A stretch of DNA of 63,899 nt, filler included, from Atractiella rhizophila (lineage: Eukaryota), in assembly GCA_021432655.1 (NCBI GenBank). It is 6 parts of 5 records of this genome, joined end to end, with 100 filler letters (N's around TTAATTAATTAA, not from the genome) between each part and the next. Parts side by side here need not be neighbours in the genome. Positions count along the whole stretch, not along the records: positions 1 to 29,388 come from MU271252.1; positions 29,489 to 32,588 come from MU271266.1; positions 32,689 to 41,321 come from MU271269.1; 3 more parts are not named here. One strand, given 5' to 3'. This document shows, in pieces, positions 26,235 to 36,795 of this stretch (its first letter is position 1; every line of letters begins with the position of its first letter). The position numbers were made by a program, and so were the translations under genes. The notes under the pieces were generated by a model. The model saw only the letters and a list, made by a program, of their open reading frames with translations, was not told where the DNA came from and did not search any database.

Positions 26235-26749
26235 TGCACTAGGTTTGTGTCATTGAATAAAGGGTTTTGGTTCTCAGATGATGCGCTGTGTTGGCAACAT
26301 GTATGAGGTGATGGGCGTTGCGTAGCGGTACAAAGGACAAGGTAGGTGACGTGAGATGTACGAGGCGTTAACTTGATAAACGCGAAAGGGAGATTCTCGC
26401 TCCAATGGGAGTGAAAGTCGTCCCTAGTACGGGCGTAGAGTAGATATTCTTGGTACTCCGGCTACCTTTCGTCTCCTTCGACAATGTTGCAGGCACTGTA
26501 GTACTGCTTTGGCAAATTGTAATGTTCCTGTAACTCGTCCTATAGAACCGAGTTCCAAATCATAACGGGGTAGGTGCGTTTTACGTATAGTAGGTATGAA
26601 GCGTTTGCCCCTTCGCGTGGAGTTAATAGGGTATCGGTCAGTTGAAGGTTGGTCCAGCATACGAGGTACGTCGAGATTGCGAGACAACTATTTGCACTAA
26701 ATGCAGTTGCAGAGTGATGACGAGGATTAGACCAGCGGCTCAGAAGAAG
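24911..26749. other. 1839-bp segment reversed without complementation (mirror sequence)
   Basis: 26749->26169 read backwards matches 28808-29388 base for base apart from a few SNPs/indels. The reversal restores continuity with ...GCTTGAACTT at 24910. Confidence 0.97.
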
Positions 26750-26774
26750 NNNNNNNNNNNNNNNNNNNNNNNNN

Positions 26775-28036
26775 TCTTCTTTCCACGATCCGGTGTTGAC
26801 CAGAGATGACATGACCAGCTTGATGTCCTCAGCACTGCGGCCCATCGGACCACAAGTGGATGTCACTGTGAGGTATCTTTAATATCGCAGACGAAGATAG
26901 ATTGTGAGGTCAAGACGAACCGCCCTCCTCTCCGCGAAGACTGTTGGCCATATTTTTGTAGGTACATCGACCAACTTGGAGCTGATATCAGAAGCGGTGT
27001 GAAACAAGAAGAAGCACGTACCGCTTGGCCTGAGAGCGTACAAACCACCATTGGTGGCCGGAATACGGATCGAGCCACCGATGCTACACGTTATCTTAGA
27101 ACGCCAAAATTGACTACCAAATAGAATAAACACTTACTCAGTGCCAAATCCCAAGAATGAGCCTTTGAACCCAACCAATGCACTTTCTCCTCCAGAAGAT
27201 CCACCGGGAGAGAGACGGCGATTGAATGGATTTTTTGTCGCGTTAAAGATGTTGTTCTCGGATTCCCCAGCCTGAAAAATGAATCACGTTTAGTGAAGGG
27301 CAGGATGTATTCCGGAGATAACAAACCATAAGAGAAGCTGGGATGTTCGTCTTAACGTACAAGACCGCTCCAAGGCTCTCCAACGCAGTGACTCCAAGGC
27401 TGTCTTCCGTGGCAGGGTCGTTGGCGTAACTGACATAGCCGATCGTTGCGTCGAATCCCTTGAAGCGGTATTGATCTTTGAGCGAGACAGGGAGGCCGTG
27501 AAGAGGGCCAATCGTCTTGCCAGTTTCCTTAAAGTATTGGTCGAGCTTCTTCGCCGTGGCACGACCACGCTCAAAGAGGATTTCAGTCAGGCTGCCGCTA
27601 ACTTTAGCTAAGAACTGCAAGAGAAGTAGAAAGAGACAAACGGGTTAAAGAGCTGATGTGCAACAACGGTCCTTTTGATCGTAGCTTCCAGGACTTCTGA
27701 CGCTGTCCATTTCCCACATCCTACCATGTAAACTACGTGACTGGCAGTACTTTCCGTGATCTCGAGTTCCTTCTCTGTGAAGAAGCCAGAGGTCTGAGGG
27801 AAGGTTGATACGTCAAGAACGTCGTCTCCTGGCAACAATTCATTGGGGACAAGATATTCAGTCCCGATCAAAGCCTCTCGGGCTGCAACCTTTCCAGCAA
27901 CTACCTCTTGCCAGGTGTTGTTTTCTGCCAGCAGACTAGGAATGAGAGTGTCGCGTCTTTCGAAACCCCAAAGCGGGTTGGCAGACGCTGAGAGTATGAA
28001 GGCTGGGAGGAAGAGCGAAGAGAACATAATGGGCAT
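26775..28036 (-). CDS. Second, 3'-truncated copy (likely allele) of the amidase
   Basis: Near-identical to 22871-24131; cut by the 25-N gap at 26750-26774. Confidence 0.85.
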
Positions 28037-29388
28037 GTTCCTGTTTCCAGTGCAGCTCTTCGCGTCCACATTTTATATGCGCTGGGATCGTTGCGCTTGA
28101 GACGATGATGATAAGCAAGATATCGGATTTCAAAACTTCGTGTGATAGTGATAGAGCTCGCCGAGATGGAAACAAGATGCCGAATTTTGCCATACACACA
28201 TCATTTGACTCTTGGATATCTGGATACACATCGACAGGGTGGGCGAAGAACGCCGGCGCGCAGGAGGGATCTGAGAGATCTAATGTACCCGAGATTATCT
28301 ATCTCCTCTCATGTATTCCGGTGCATTTGCCAATAGCATCCCCTTCTTCGCCGGATTGATTTGAAACCGTTTCTTGTTCTTTGCCAAGAAACTAGATAAT
28401 CGTTGCACGGTGAGGAAGTTTAAGGCAACGCTAGCAATCCACAACTCGTGCGGGATAACTTTTTAGCGATGCTCTGAGCCCCCGTGGCAGCTCTGATAGG
28501 CGTGTGCAAAATTTGACCCGGATTATTATGTTTATGGGTTATGGGCGTAAAGCTGCTCCACTCTTAACAATATATGCTTGGCACAGTTGAACAATCCAAT
28601 GAAGTGGAGAATAACGTGACGAGATGCAATATATTTTTGATATGTATCACAGTAAAGTCTTGCGAAGATAAAAGTGTTGCGTGTTGTGGGAAGCTGAGCG
28701 AATTACATACGGCCGTTTCAAGCATGTACCAAACAGGCACTATTTTCAACATCTCCCTCATAATTTCTCAGAATCTGCATGAGTTGGGCTTTCCATCGCT
28801 TGAACTTGACGAAGACTCGGCGAGCAGATAGGGAGCAGTAGTGAGACGTTGACGTAAATGACGTTTATCAACAGAGCGTTAGAGCTGCATGGAGCATACG
28901 ACCTGGTTGGAAGTTGACTGACTATGGGATAAATGAGGTGCGCTTCCCCATTTGCGAAGTATGGATGATATGCATTTTGCGTGGATGGGGTAATACTAAA
29001 CCTTGAGCCAGGATATCCTGCTCAATGTCCTTGTAATGTTAAACGGTTTCGTCATGATGTAAGGGACGTTGTAACGGCTTCCTCTGCTTTCCATCGGCCT
29101 CATGGTTCTTATAGATGAGATGCGGGCATGATCCCTGCTGAAAGTGAGGGTAACCTCGCTCTTAGAGGGAAACACAAATAGTTCAATTGCGGAGCATGTA
29201 GAGTGCAGTGGATGGAACAGGGAACATGGCGATGCGTTGCGGGTTGTGGAGTATGTACAACGGTTGTGTCGCGTAGTAGACTCATTGGTTTTGGGAAATA
29301 AGTTACTGTGTTTGGATCACGTTTATATAATGCGTGCAGAAGGGACGTCCTACATTCAAGAATATGAATTCTGCCAATCGATCTAGTA

Positions 29389-29488
29389 NNNNNNNNNNNN
29401 NNNNNNNNNNNNNNNNNNNNNNNNNNNNNNNNTTAATTAATTAANNNNNNNNNNNNNNNNNNNNNNNNNNNNNNNNNNNNNNNNNNNN
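29389..29488. other. Synthetic 100-bp contig spacer (44 N + TTAATTAATTAA + 44 N); also at 32589-32688, 41322-41421, 60500-60599 and 62796-62895
   Basis: Identical layout five times; the 12-mer places stop codons in all six frames. Confidence 0.97.
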
Positions 29489-30177
29489 GTCTCTCCTCCC
29501 CGCCCTCTTCCCGTCCCACCGACACCTGCACCTCTTCCCCTTGCTCTCCACACTCCAGTCCCTACATTTTCTCCTGTTCCATTACCACTACCCAACGATG
29601 GTGTTGGGTTGTCGGAGGAACTTTTCGGTTGAAAAACAGCCGCCGTCGGTTTTAGCGCACTCGCCATACCCGCGTTCGAATTAGGAGCTGGAGCTACAGC
29701 AGATGGAGCGGAAGCGGGTGGAAGGGTGGACGGGCGAAGTGACGATGCGAAGGATTTGGCGAGGAAGTGGCCTATGCCCATCGCTCCTCCTCTCCCTGCA
29801 CGTCCACCGGAAGGCTCTCTCTTCCTCTCTCCCTCTCCCTCCCCATTTTCATTTCCATTCCGTAGCCCAGTAGAACCTGTCCCATTCATCGTCGACGCTG
29901 CAGCTGCTTGCGCCGCTGCTGGTGGAGGTGCTGGGAGAGGGAGTTCTTCCGGCGACGACGGACTGGTGGTGTCGTCCAAGGGAACGATGAGCTCTTGAAC
30001 GGGCTCCTCCTCGTGCCACTCCTCGTGCCCGTACTCTTCAACCGCAGACATCTGGTTCGCACCTTGAGGGAACCCTGAGCTCGCCAGTCCGTCCCTTCGC
30101 CAACTCTTGTTCATAGACCCCCGCCCTCGCCCTCGCCCCCGACCACGCTCGGCTCCTGCGCCGCGTGCGCTGGACAT
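29489..30177 (-). CDS. 5' part of an RG-rich low-complexity protein (possibly Sac3/GANP-like N-terminus), truncated by spacer
   Basis: Open frame MSSARGAGAERGRGRGRGRGSMNKSWRR...LKPTAAVFQP...RGRGG running into the N gap. Confidence 0.6.
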
Positions 30178-30383
30178 TGGTGTCTATGAGTGGGTTCGCT
30201 GGCGACAGTGCTGCAGTTCAGGCGTTGGGCAAGTCAGGCGAATAGCGTACGAAAGAGAAGAAATGAAAGGTGATCATAGCAATTGGCTTCATCATTCATC
30301 ATCTCCCCCCTCAACAAGCAGGCTGCAACACGCCACGCCAAGGACCATTGCTTAGAGAAGACAGAGAAAACAAATAGCCCAAC

Positions 30384-32460
30384 ATGTCCTTCGTCACCCA
30401 TCTCCTCTCCTCCGTCCGAATCAACTCGGGCACCCAACTAGCCTCTCTCTTCGCCCTCTACCCGCCCTCGCGATCGAACCTGAACCAGTACGAGTTTTCG
30501 AAGCTCCAGAAGCCGTGGTACGAGATGGCGGAGGAGCACGCAAAGTGTATGAGTGCTTTGAAGGAGGGAGAGGATGCGATGGGGGATAGGGAGAGGGAAA
30601 GGTGGAAAGAAGAAGCTTGGAATGGACAGAGGGGAGTTGTTAAGTATGTCTCATTCTTTGTTCTTTTCATCCGTGCTCTGGATAGCTGTTCTGGGATTCT
30701 GTTGGGTTACATTAGTAGACGAGTGCCTCTAGATGGCAAGCTATGGGCATTTGAAAACTCAACAGGAAGTGTGGAATAATTCCTTAGCAGACATCGCGAC
30801 AGGCTGGAAGCGGACACCTATTTCGATTCAAACAAGCCATCTCCCTTGCCAGCTGCAATAAGAAGTTAAAAAGGCTGATGGAGGACAGAGACGCGTCTGC
30901 CGTTTGTTTCTACACTTCATAATTGGCGCCGTCTTCATCCCATGATCTTGGGAAAACCCCGTCTGCGAGTAGAAGTGCTGCATGTCTTCATCCCTACTTC
31001 AGGTGGCCTTGCCTTGAAAGAGTCATCTCCGTTGAGTTGACAGGACGTGAACTGTACTGGAGACGGGTTATGCCATTTTTGATCAATCAAGAAAGAAGCA
31101 AGAAAGTTTATCAAGCCTTCTACAGGAGCGCTGCATCCCGGTCAAGTAAAAGTCTAGTAGAGCCGATCTGGGAGATGCTCTTTGTTTGCGATTCCGAAGC
31201 TCCTGATGGGCAAGAAACGGATGAAGAAGTAGCTGACGAAACTTGCAGTGCACTTTTGCGATACTTGCAGACTTCTTCGCGCTCGACTTCGTGGACACTA
31301 CCACTCCTCAAGACCGTTTGCTCAGACTTTAAGAGGATATCAATCGAAGTACTTTTCTGCCTCAACAGGGGATCAAAGCCTAAGCCTCCATGATGTAGAC
31401 GGATGATTTCTCCTATTCTTGTGCGTTGGAAAATGGGAATTATGACCCAGAGGAGCCTCGGTGGCCCAAAACCACTGAAGCATCGAGAATCATTAGCAAA
31501 GTCTTCAACCTTTGTACTAACGATCGGCAAGTTGTCTGCCCCTCTGAATATGCATCATTCTCAAACTATCGATGCAGGACACAGGTAACTAGTGACTTAC
31601 CAAAGAGTACAGAATGCTATTTCTTCGCTAACCTCCTTATCAAAATGTATCACAAGGTCCGTTCCTTCTCAAGGAAAGATGAGCCTGTGTTCATGCTTGC
31701 AGCGCAGATGGATACTTTACATCTTTTCAAGAATATAAGCGCGACAATAGCAGCTGCCGACATCGCCCCGGTTCTTCAGCACACTTGCCCAAAAGCTGAC
31801 AAAGTCACTTACCTTTATTACATGGGTCTGATCGCTTTTTTGAAGGAAGATTTCGCGACCGCAGAGCGCGAACTTTCGCTATCATTCGTTCTTTGTCATC
31901 GACGTTCGATCCGAAATCGAGAGCTGATTCTCGACTTGTTAATACCCCTTCGACTTCTCCGTGGCTCTTTGCCATCGAAGAACCTCCTCAAGAGCTTTCA
32001 TCGGTTAAAGATCTTGTATGAGCCTTTTGTGGAAGCGTACAAGCAGGGAAATCCGGCTGCGTGGGACCAAGCGCTGGAAAGAGGTCGTGCGAGACTGGGT
32101 GCTCGTGGTACTCTTCTCTTGGTCATGGTTGCGAGACAAGCCGTTGTCAGACGACTGGTCAAGAAGATCTGGATTGTAAACAATAGAGATAGCCGACAAC
32201 GATTGGACATCATCCTTGACGTCTTTCGGGAAGTGAACAGCCAGGACATGGACGCAGATGAGGTCGAATGTGTTCTTGCTAACATGATCCGTCAGGTTTG
32301 CCTTTGTTCTTACGTCCTCTCATTCGATTCTTATTGAAGTCACGCACAGGGTCTCATCAAAGGATACCTCTCCCACCCTCATCAGCTCATGGTGTTGAGT
32401 AAGGACAATCCTTTTCCTAAAATGGACAATTTTATTAGCAACGTGCCTGGGGGACTGTAG
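30384..32460 (+). CDS. PCI-domain protein, PCID2/Thp1/CSN12 family
   Basis: ASRIISKVFNLCTNDR, YFFANLLIKMY, KADKVTYLYYMG, RNRELILDLLIP, DEVECVLANMIRQGLIKGYLSH..MVLSKDNPFP. 605-nt first intron at 30644-31248. Confidence 0.9.
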
Positions 32461-32938
32461 CACACTGCACATTGAGCGGTCTATGCAGTTTACTCTGTTG
32501 TTACATCTGTGTTCCTCCTTTAGTACTGGAACTATCTCCTTTACTAATCCAACGTGACTACCGTAACATTATATAGTTTATTTTGTTGNNNNNNNNNNNN
32601 NNNNNNNNNNNNNNNNNNNNNNNNNNNNNNNNTTAATTAATTAANNNNNNNNNNNNNNNNNNNNNNNNNNNNNNNNNNNNNNNNNNNNTTGGATCCTCAT
32701 CAGTGAAGGACACTGCCTGATCAGCCAGCAGGAAGTTAAGAGGGTAAGTATTGAATTTCCAGCATGTGTAGGATCCAGACATGAGATTTTGACGATATAA
32801 GAAGGCAAAACAGGGAAGGGACACCGTACAGAAAGAGATCAGGCAAAGGAACACAGAGATTTCTACCCATCAATCGACATATCCTGAACTAGCATAAATC
32901 CGGCCTCGTTACATTTCTTGCCGCCGTGCGACTCAATC

Positions 32939-35556
32939 TCAAAAGAAGAAACTCTGCTGCCCTTGTCCTTGCTGCTGCGGGGCTTGATTTTGAGGCTGTT
33001 GGCTATTCCAGAGTCCCTGCTTGCTCATCGCCTGCAATGTCATCCCTGCCCCCGCACCAACTCCCATTCCCATTCCATTGTTCATCATGCCGATGCCCAT
33101 TCCATTATTCATCGAGCCCATCCCCATCCCGTTCGCTCCGTACCCCGGCGTAGGCGCCATTGCACTCAGCGGCGGCGTCGGCTGTGAAGAAGTCATTGGA
33201 GCACCGGGTTTGACACTGGCCATATCAAGGAGGTCGGCGAAGCTGCTCTGTTGGTTCGTTGGCGGTTTAACGCTCCACTCGTTCTGCGCTTGACCCTGCT
33301 GCCCTTGCGGTTTGGCGACAACGGGGAGAAGGTGATTGTAGTTGACTTGGGAAGGTGTGGCGTTCGACTGCGCCTGTTGTTGAAGTTGTTGTTGACCTTG
33401 ACCTAGAGGGAAAGAGGGTATCTGTGCGACCGTCGAACGACGGTTGTGTCCCATAAATTGGGGGCTCATTGGTTGAATTGTGGCATTAGCGACAGAGGAG
33501 AAAGATCCGTTGGTAGGTTGTATGGAGGAGACAGAGGAGGAGCGATTCTGAGGAGCCATGGGTTGCATCATGCCCATTCCTCCGGCTTGCAGCATTTGCC
33601 CCGGAGGCATCTGCATCTGAGGGGTGGCGGAGACGGACATGGAACGACCGTGCGCGAATTGCTGTGCGGGATTCTGCTGTTGGTGTTGCGGAGCTTGGAA
33701 GTATCCAGCCTGGGTGGAGAGGATAGGGACAGTATGAGGTTGTTGCTGGACGAACGATTGCTGCTGTGGTTGGTACAGACTCGCTTGTTGATACATCGCT
33801 GCAGGTTGGACAGGTTGAAGGGGAGGGGATTGGATGGTAGGAGATTGTATTGGCTGTACAGCGACTGGGGTCGTCTGAAACGTCTGCTGTTGCAATTGAG
33901 CCTGAGGTGGAGGAGGGAAGAACCCGGTAGTCTGAGGGGGAGCTCGAGCAGCAACGGGAGCAGCGGTGCCAGGGCCAGAAACGAAATCATCGAAATCATC
34001 TACATCGATAAATTTTCAGCATTTTGGGTTCAGGGCGAAGAAGGCGTAGACAAACCGCCAGTATTCGCAGCAGCCGGCGCAGGGGGATCGTCGAGGTCGA
34101 AAAGATTAACTTGTTTCGCCGGAGCCGTAGTCGTCGTCGTCGGAGGAGGAGGAGCGATGGTCCCAGCTGTTTCCTTCTTGGTCTCACCAGAGCTGGATAT
34201 TGAATGACGGTCGAGTCTAGGCGGCGTTCGATTGTTATCGTTCCTATTGGTATCCTGCTCCTTGTTGGAGCTGCTCCCGTAGTCTCCCCCATCCTTATAT
34301 CCACCTCCGTAATCATTGCTATCCTTATATCCACCTCCTCCGCCTCCAGAGCTTGGACTATCCTTGTACGAGGAGGACGAGAAGCTTCCTCCACCACCCG
34401 AAAAACTACTGCTTGAAAAGCTTCCACCACCAAATCCCTCCATCTTCTTCCCACTGCCCATCCCCATGCCAAACCCCCCTCCAGCGCCATCCCTATATCC
34501 TCCGGTCCCTCCAGAATAATCGCTGCCATAATTGCCCGTTCCAAACCTCACATTCTTGTCGCTGTCAACTCCCTTCTCCCGCTCCCACGCCGCCTGTTGG
34601 TGCGAATCATACTCTCCAATAGTGTTCCCGTCATCATTATCGCCCCATCCGTCGTCCACCCTCGGCCCAGAGCTGGACGCAGTCGACTTCGAACCCCCAA
34701 ACCAGGATTTGGAGCTAGATGGAGTAGGTCGATGTCCACCTTGCACACCTCCAAACCGCGTCCGAGATGCTCGAGCCCTTGAACGCTCATCTCGTATCTT
34801 CTCGAAGTCTTGAAGGAGCTCGCAGATCTCTTTAGACCTGTTACGGACTGGAACACGACAAGCCAACATAGTTAGTGAACATATCCTTTGCAAAGTGTAA
34901 TAGGGGATAAAATCAGAAGAAGAGGAGCGTACCATTCAACCCCTGATCTTTTCCTGTCTTATCTTCCACGTAATAGAAGTTCCTGAGAGCCGAAATGCTG
35001 ACCATGTGCATGCGTGCATCATCAACACACCGTTCGCTTCCGTTCTTGACGAGATACTCTAGCTCATCGTCAACACAAAACATTCGTTACTCTGAGGTAC
35101 GTACCGAGCAGTTGTAAAGCCTGTGACCGGCGCAGTTCAATGATAGACAAAGCAGCAGCAGAAGGGAGAACAAACCTTGTAAATCTGTCTCCAGTGCTTT
35201 TGATTCTTGTCGGCCAACTTCCCCCAAATGATAGGCATGATCTGATCGAAGCTTTTCGTGTCGTGGGTCCCCTCTGCGATTTCGAGCATGAGCTGGCTTG
35301 GGGCACCCCTACATCAAAGGTTAACAACGCGGGAAGATTGCATCTTTTGGGACACCGACCAGGCTTGATCATTCGTCGCTTCCTTCACCTTTGCGGCGTA
35401 CTCAGAGAATTTGAACACCCCTGCAACGCTGGCCACTCCTCCTGCGACACCTAAAGAGATATTTGCAACTCCTGACGCTGCCGATGAAATCACTATCGTT
35501 TGGACAAACTGTTCGTTAGAAAATAGTTCTCCAAAAGGGAGGACCTTACAGTCCAT
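32939..35556 (-). CDS. ENTH-domain epsin-related protein (Ent3/epsinR-like)
   Basis: AKVKEATNDQAW/GASSCS..., WRQIYK/ALQLL.YLVKNGSERCVDDAR, DQGLN/VRNRSKEICELLQD, plus VNLFDLDD, DDFDDF and SFADLL motifs and a Q/M/G-rich tail. Start position approximate. Confidence 0.88.
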
Positions 35557-36795
35557 TTTGAAGGAATTCTATGGGGAATTCTGAGAATGGCTGGGGATAG
35601 GTGGGAGTAGCTGAAAGAGGCAGAGGTTAGTATAACAGTCGTGGATGTACAGCGTGGCGGTGGTATTAAGCCGGATTTAAGCCAAACTTTCCAAAATAGG
35701 AAAATGACTCAATTTAAGGTATGTCTGAGTGAATGCAGGAACGTTGAACCTGATAAATCGATTGGTTGTAGGTGGGACAGGGAGAAGAGGTCGAACCGTG
35801 CTAGTGAGTTCGCATGAGTTTTGAGCTCTACCGTGAGAAGGGTCACCCTCTCCTCGCCTGGAATACTTAGGATCTAATTGATATACAACCTGATTCCAAT
35901 GGTCACCTAGCTCTAATCATCGAGTTTGACGTAAGTATGCAACGTGTGCTTCTTGCGCTCATGTAGTGGGGCTTTCTCCTTGGCATCAATACCCCTGTTA
36001 GCAACCTCTCCCATTTGTAGAGGGCGATGTTTTGGGTAAATTTGTGCTGAACAGACTTGCCTCCGTCTCAGTCAACACTCTTCAACGTTGTAATATGTTG
36101 TCCATGTGTACGATTCATCTTTAACAGTTTATCAGCGTCCAGAAAACATTGCCGGCGTTTGCAGAGGACGAGGGTACTGCTTCGACGCCACGAAGTCTTT
36201 CAACGTGGTGGCAAGTACGCTCCAATCACTATGGAGCGGTTCGACTTGTTCTACTTGGGCCTCGACCGACATCCCTGCGCATTTCGCGAAAGAATGTTGG
36301 GAGCCTATTTGAAGTGGAGAATGCGATGGAAATTGTGGATGGAATTCAAGGATTTGGTGAAGATATTCTAATCATAAGTTTGATGGAGTGAAGTATCGTA
36401 GAAGCTGTGGTTTTTCGAAACGCGGAGGACTAGGCTTCAAGGGCGTTTGAGCACTTTTCCAATCTGAACGCTTTTCTGTATTGCGGATTGTTGTGTAATG
36501 ACCTGTTGTAAGCAAGTTGTGTAGTGAATTCAGGATGAGAGAGATGTCCCGCCGCCCATGGCGCGGAAACGAGAATCAATATGCCCAGCTATCACATTCA
36601 CATGAGGAGTTCTTCGCCTGCCAATAGGTCAACGAACTGGATAACAGTTGATATCGGCTAATTCATTGCACTGACACTCCATTATAAAACTCATACATGC
36701 ACTGAGCACAAACTTGTTATGATTTTGCCAATAAACCAGAAGAGGGGAATGAGAGAATACAGGGTTGTCACAACATTTTCAACAGCAACACTAAG

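Larger units (their letters stand above)
22871..28807. repeat. Direct near-identical duplication: 22871-24910 and 26775-28807 (amidase 5' part plus upstream region)
   Basis: Both copies start TCTTCTTTCCACGATCCGG and end ...CCATCGCTTGAACTT, with few SNPs and indels. Confidence 0.95.

Noticed and set aside
24980..26687. Six-frame ORFs inside the mirror segment (e.g. 25586-26047, 25185-25499)
   Set aside because: The DNA is reversed without complementation, so these frames are by-products; the real coding signal is in the complement.
29433..29444. TTAATTAATTAA palindrome as a biological repeat or piggyBac TTAA target
   Set aside because: It is always centred in a 100-bp N spacer, so it is a synthetic six-frame stop linker.
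33021..34856. Long antisense and alternative-frame ORFs over the epsin gene (likewise over the UBX, UIM and 58-kb genes)
   Set aside because: Shadow ORFs of low-complexity, GC-rich coding sequence.
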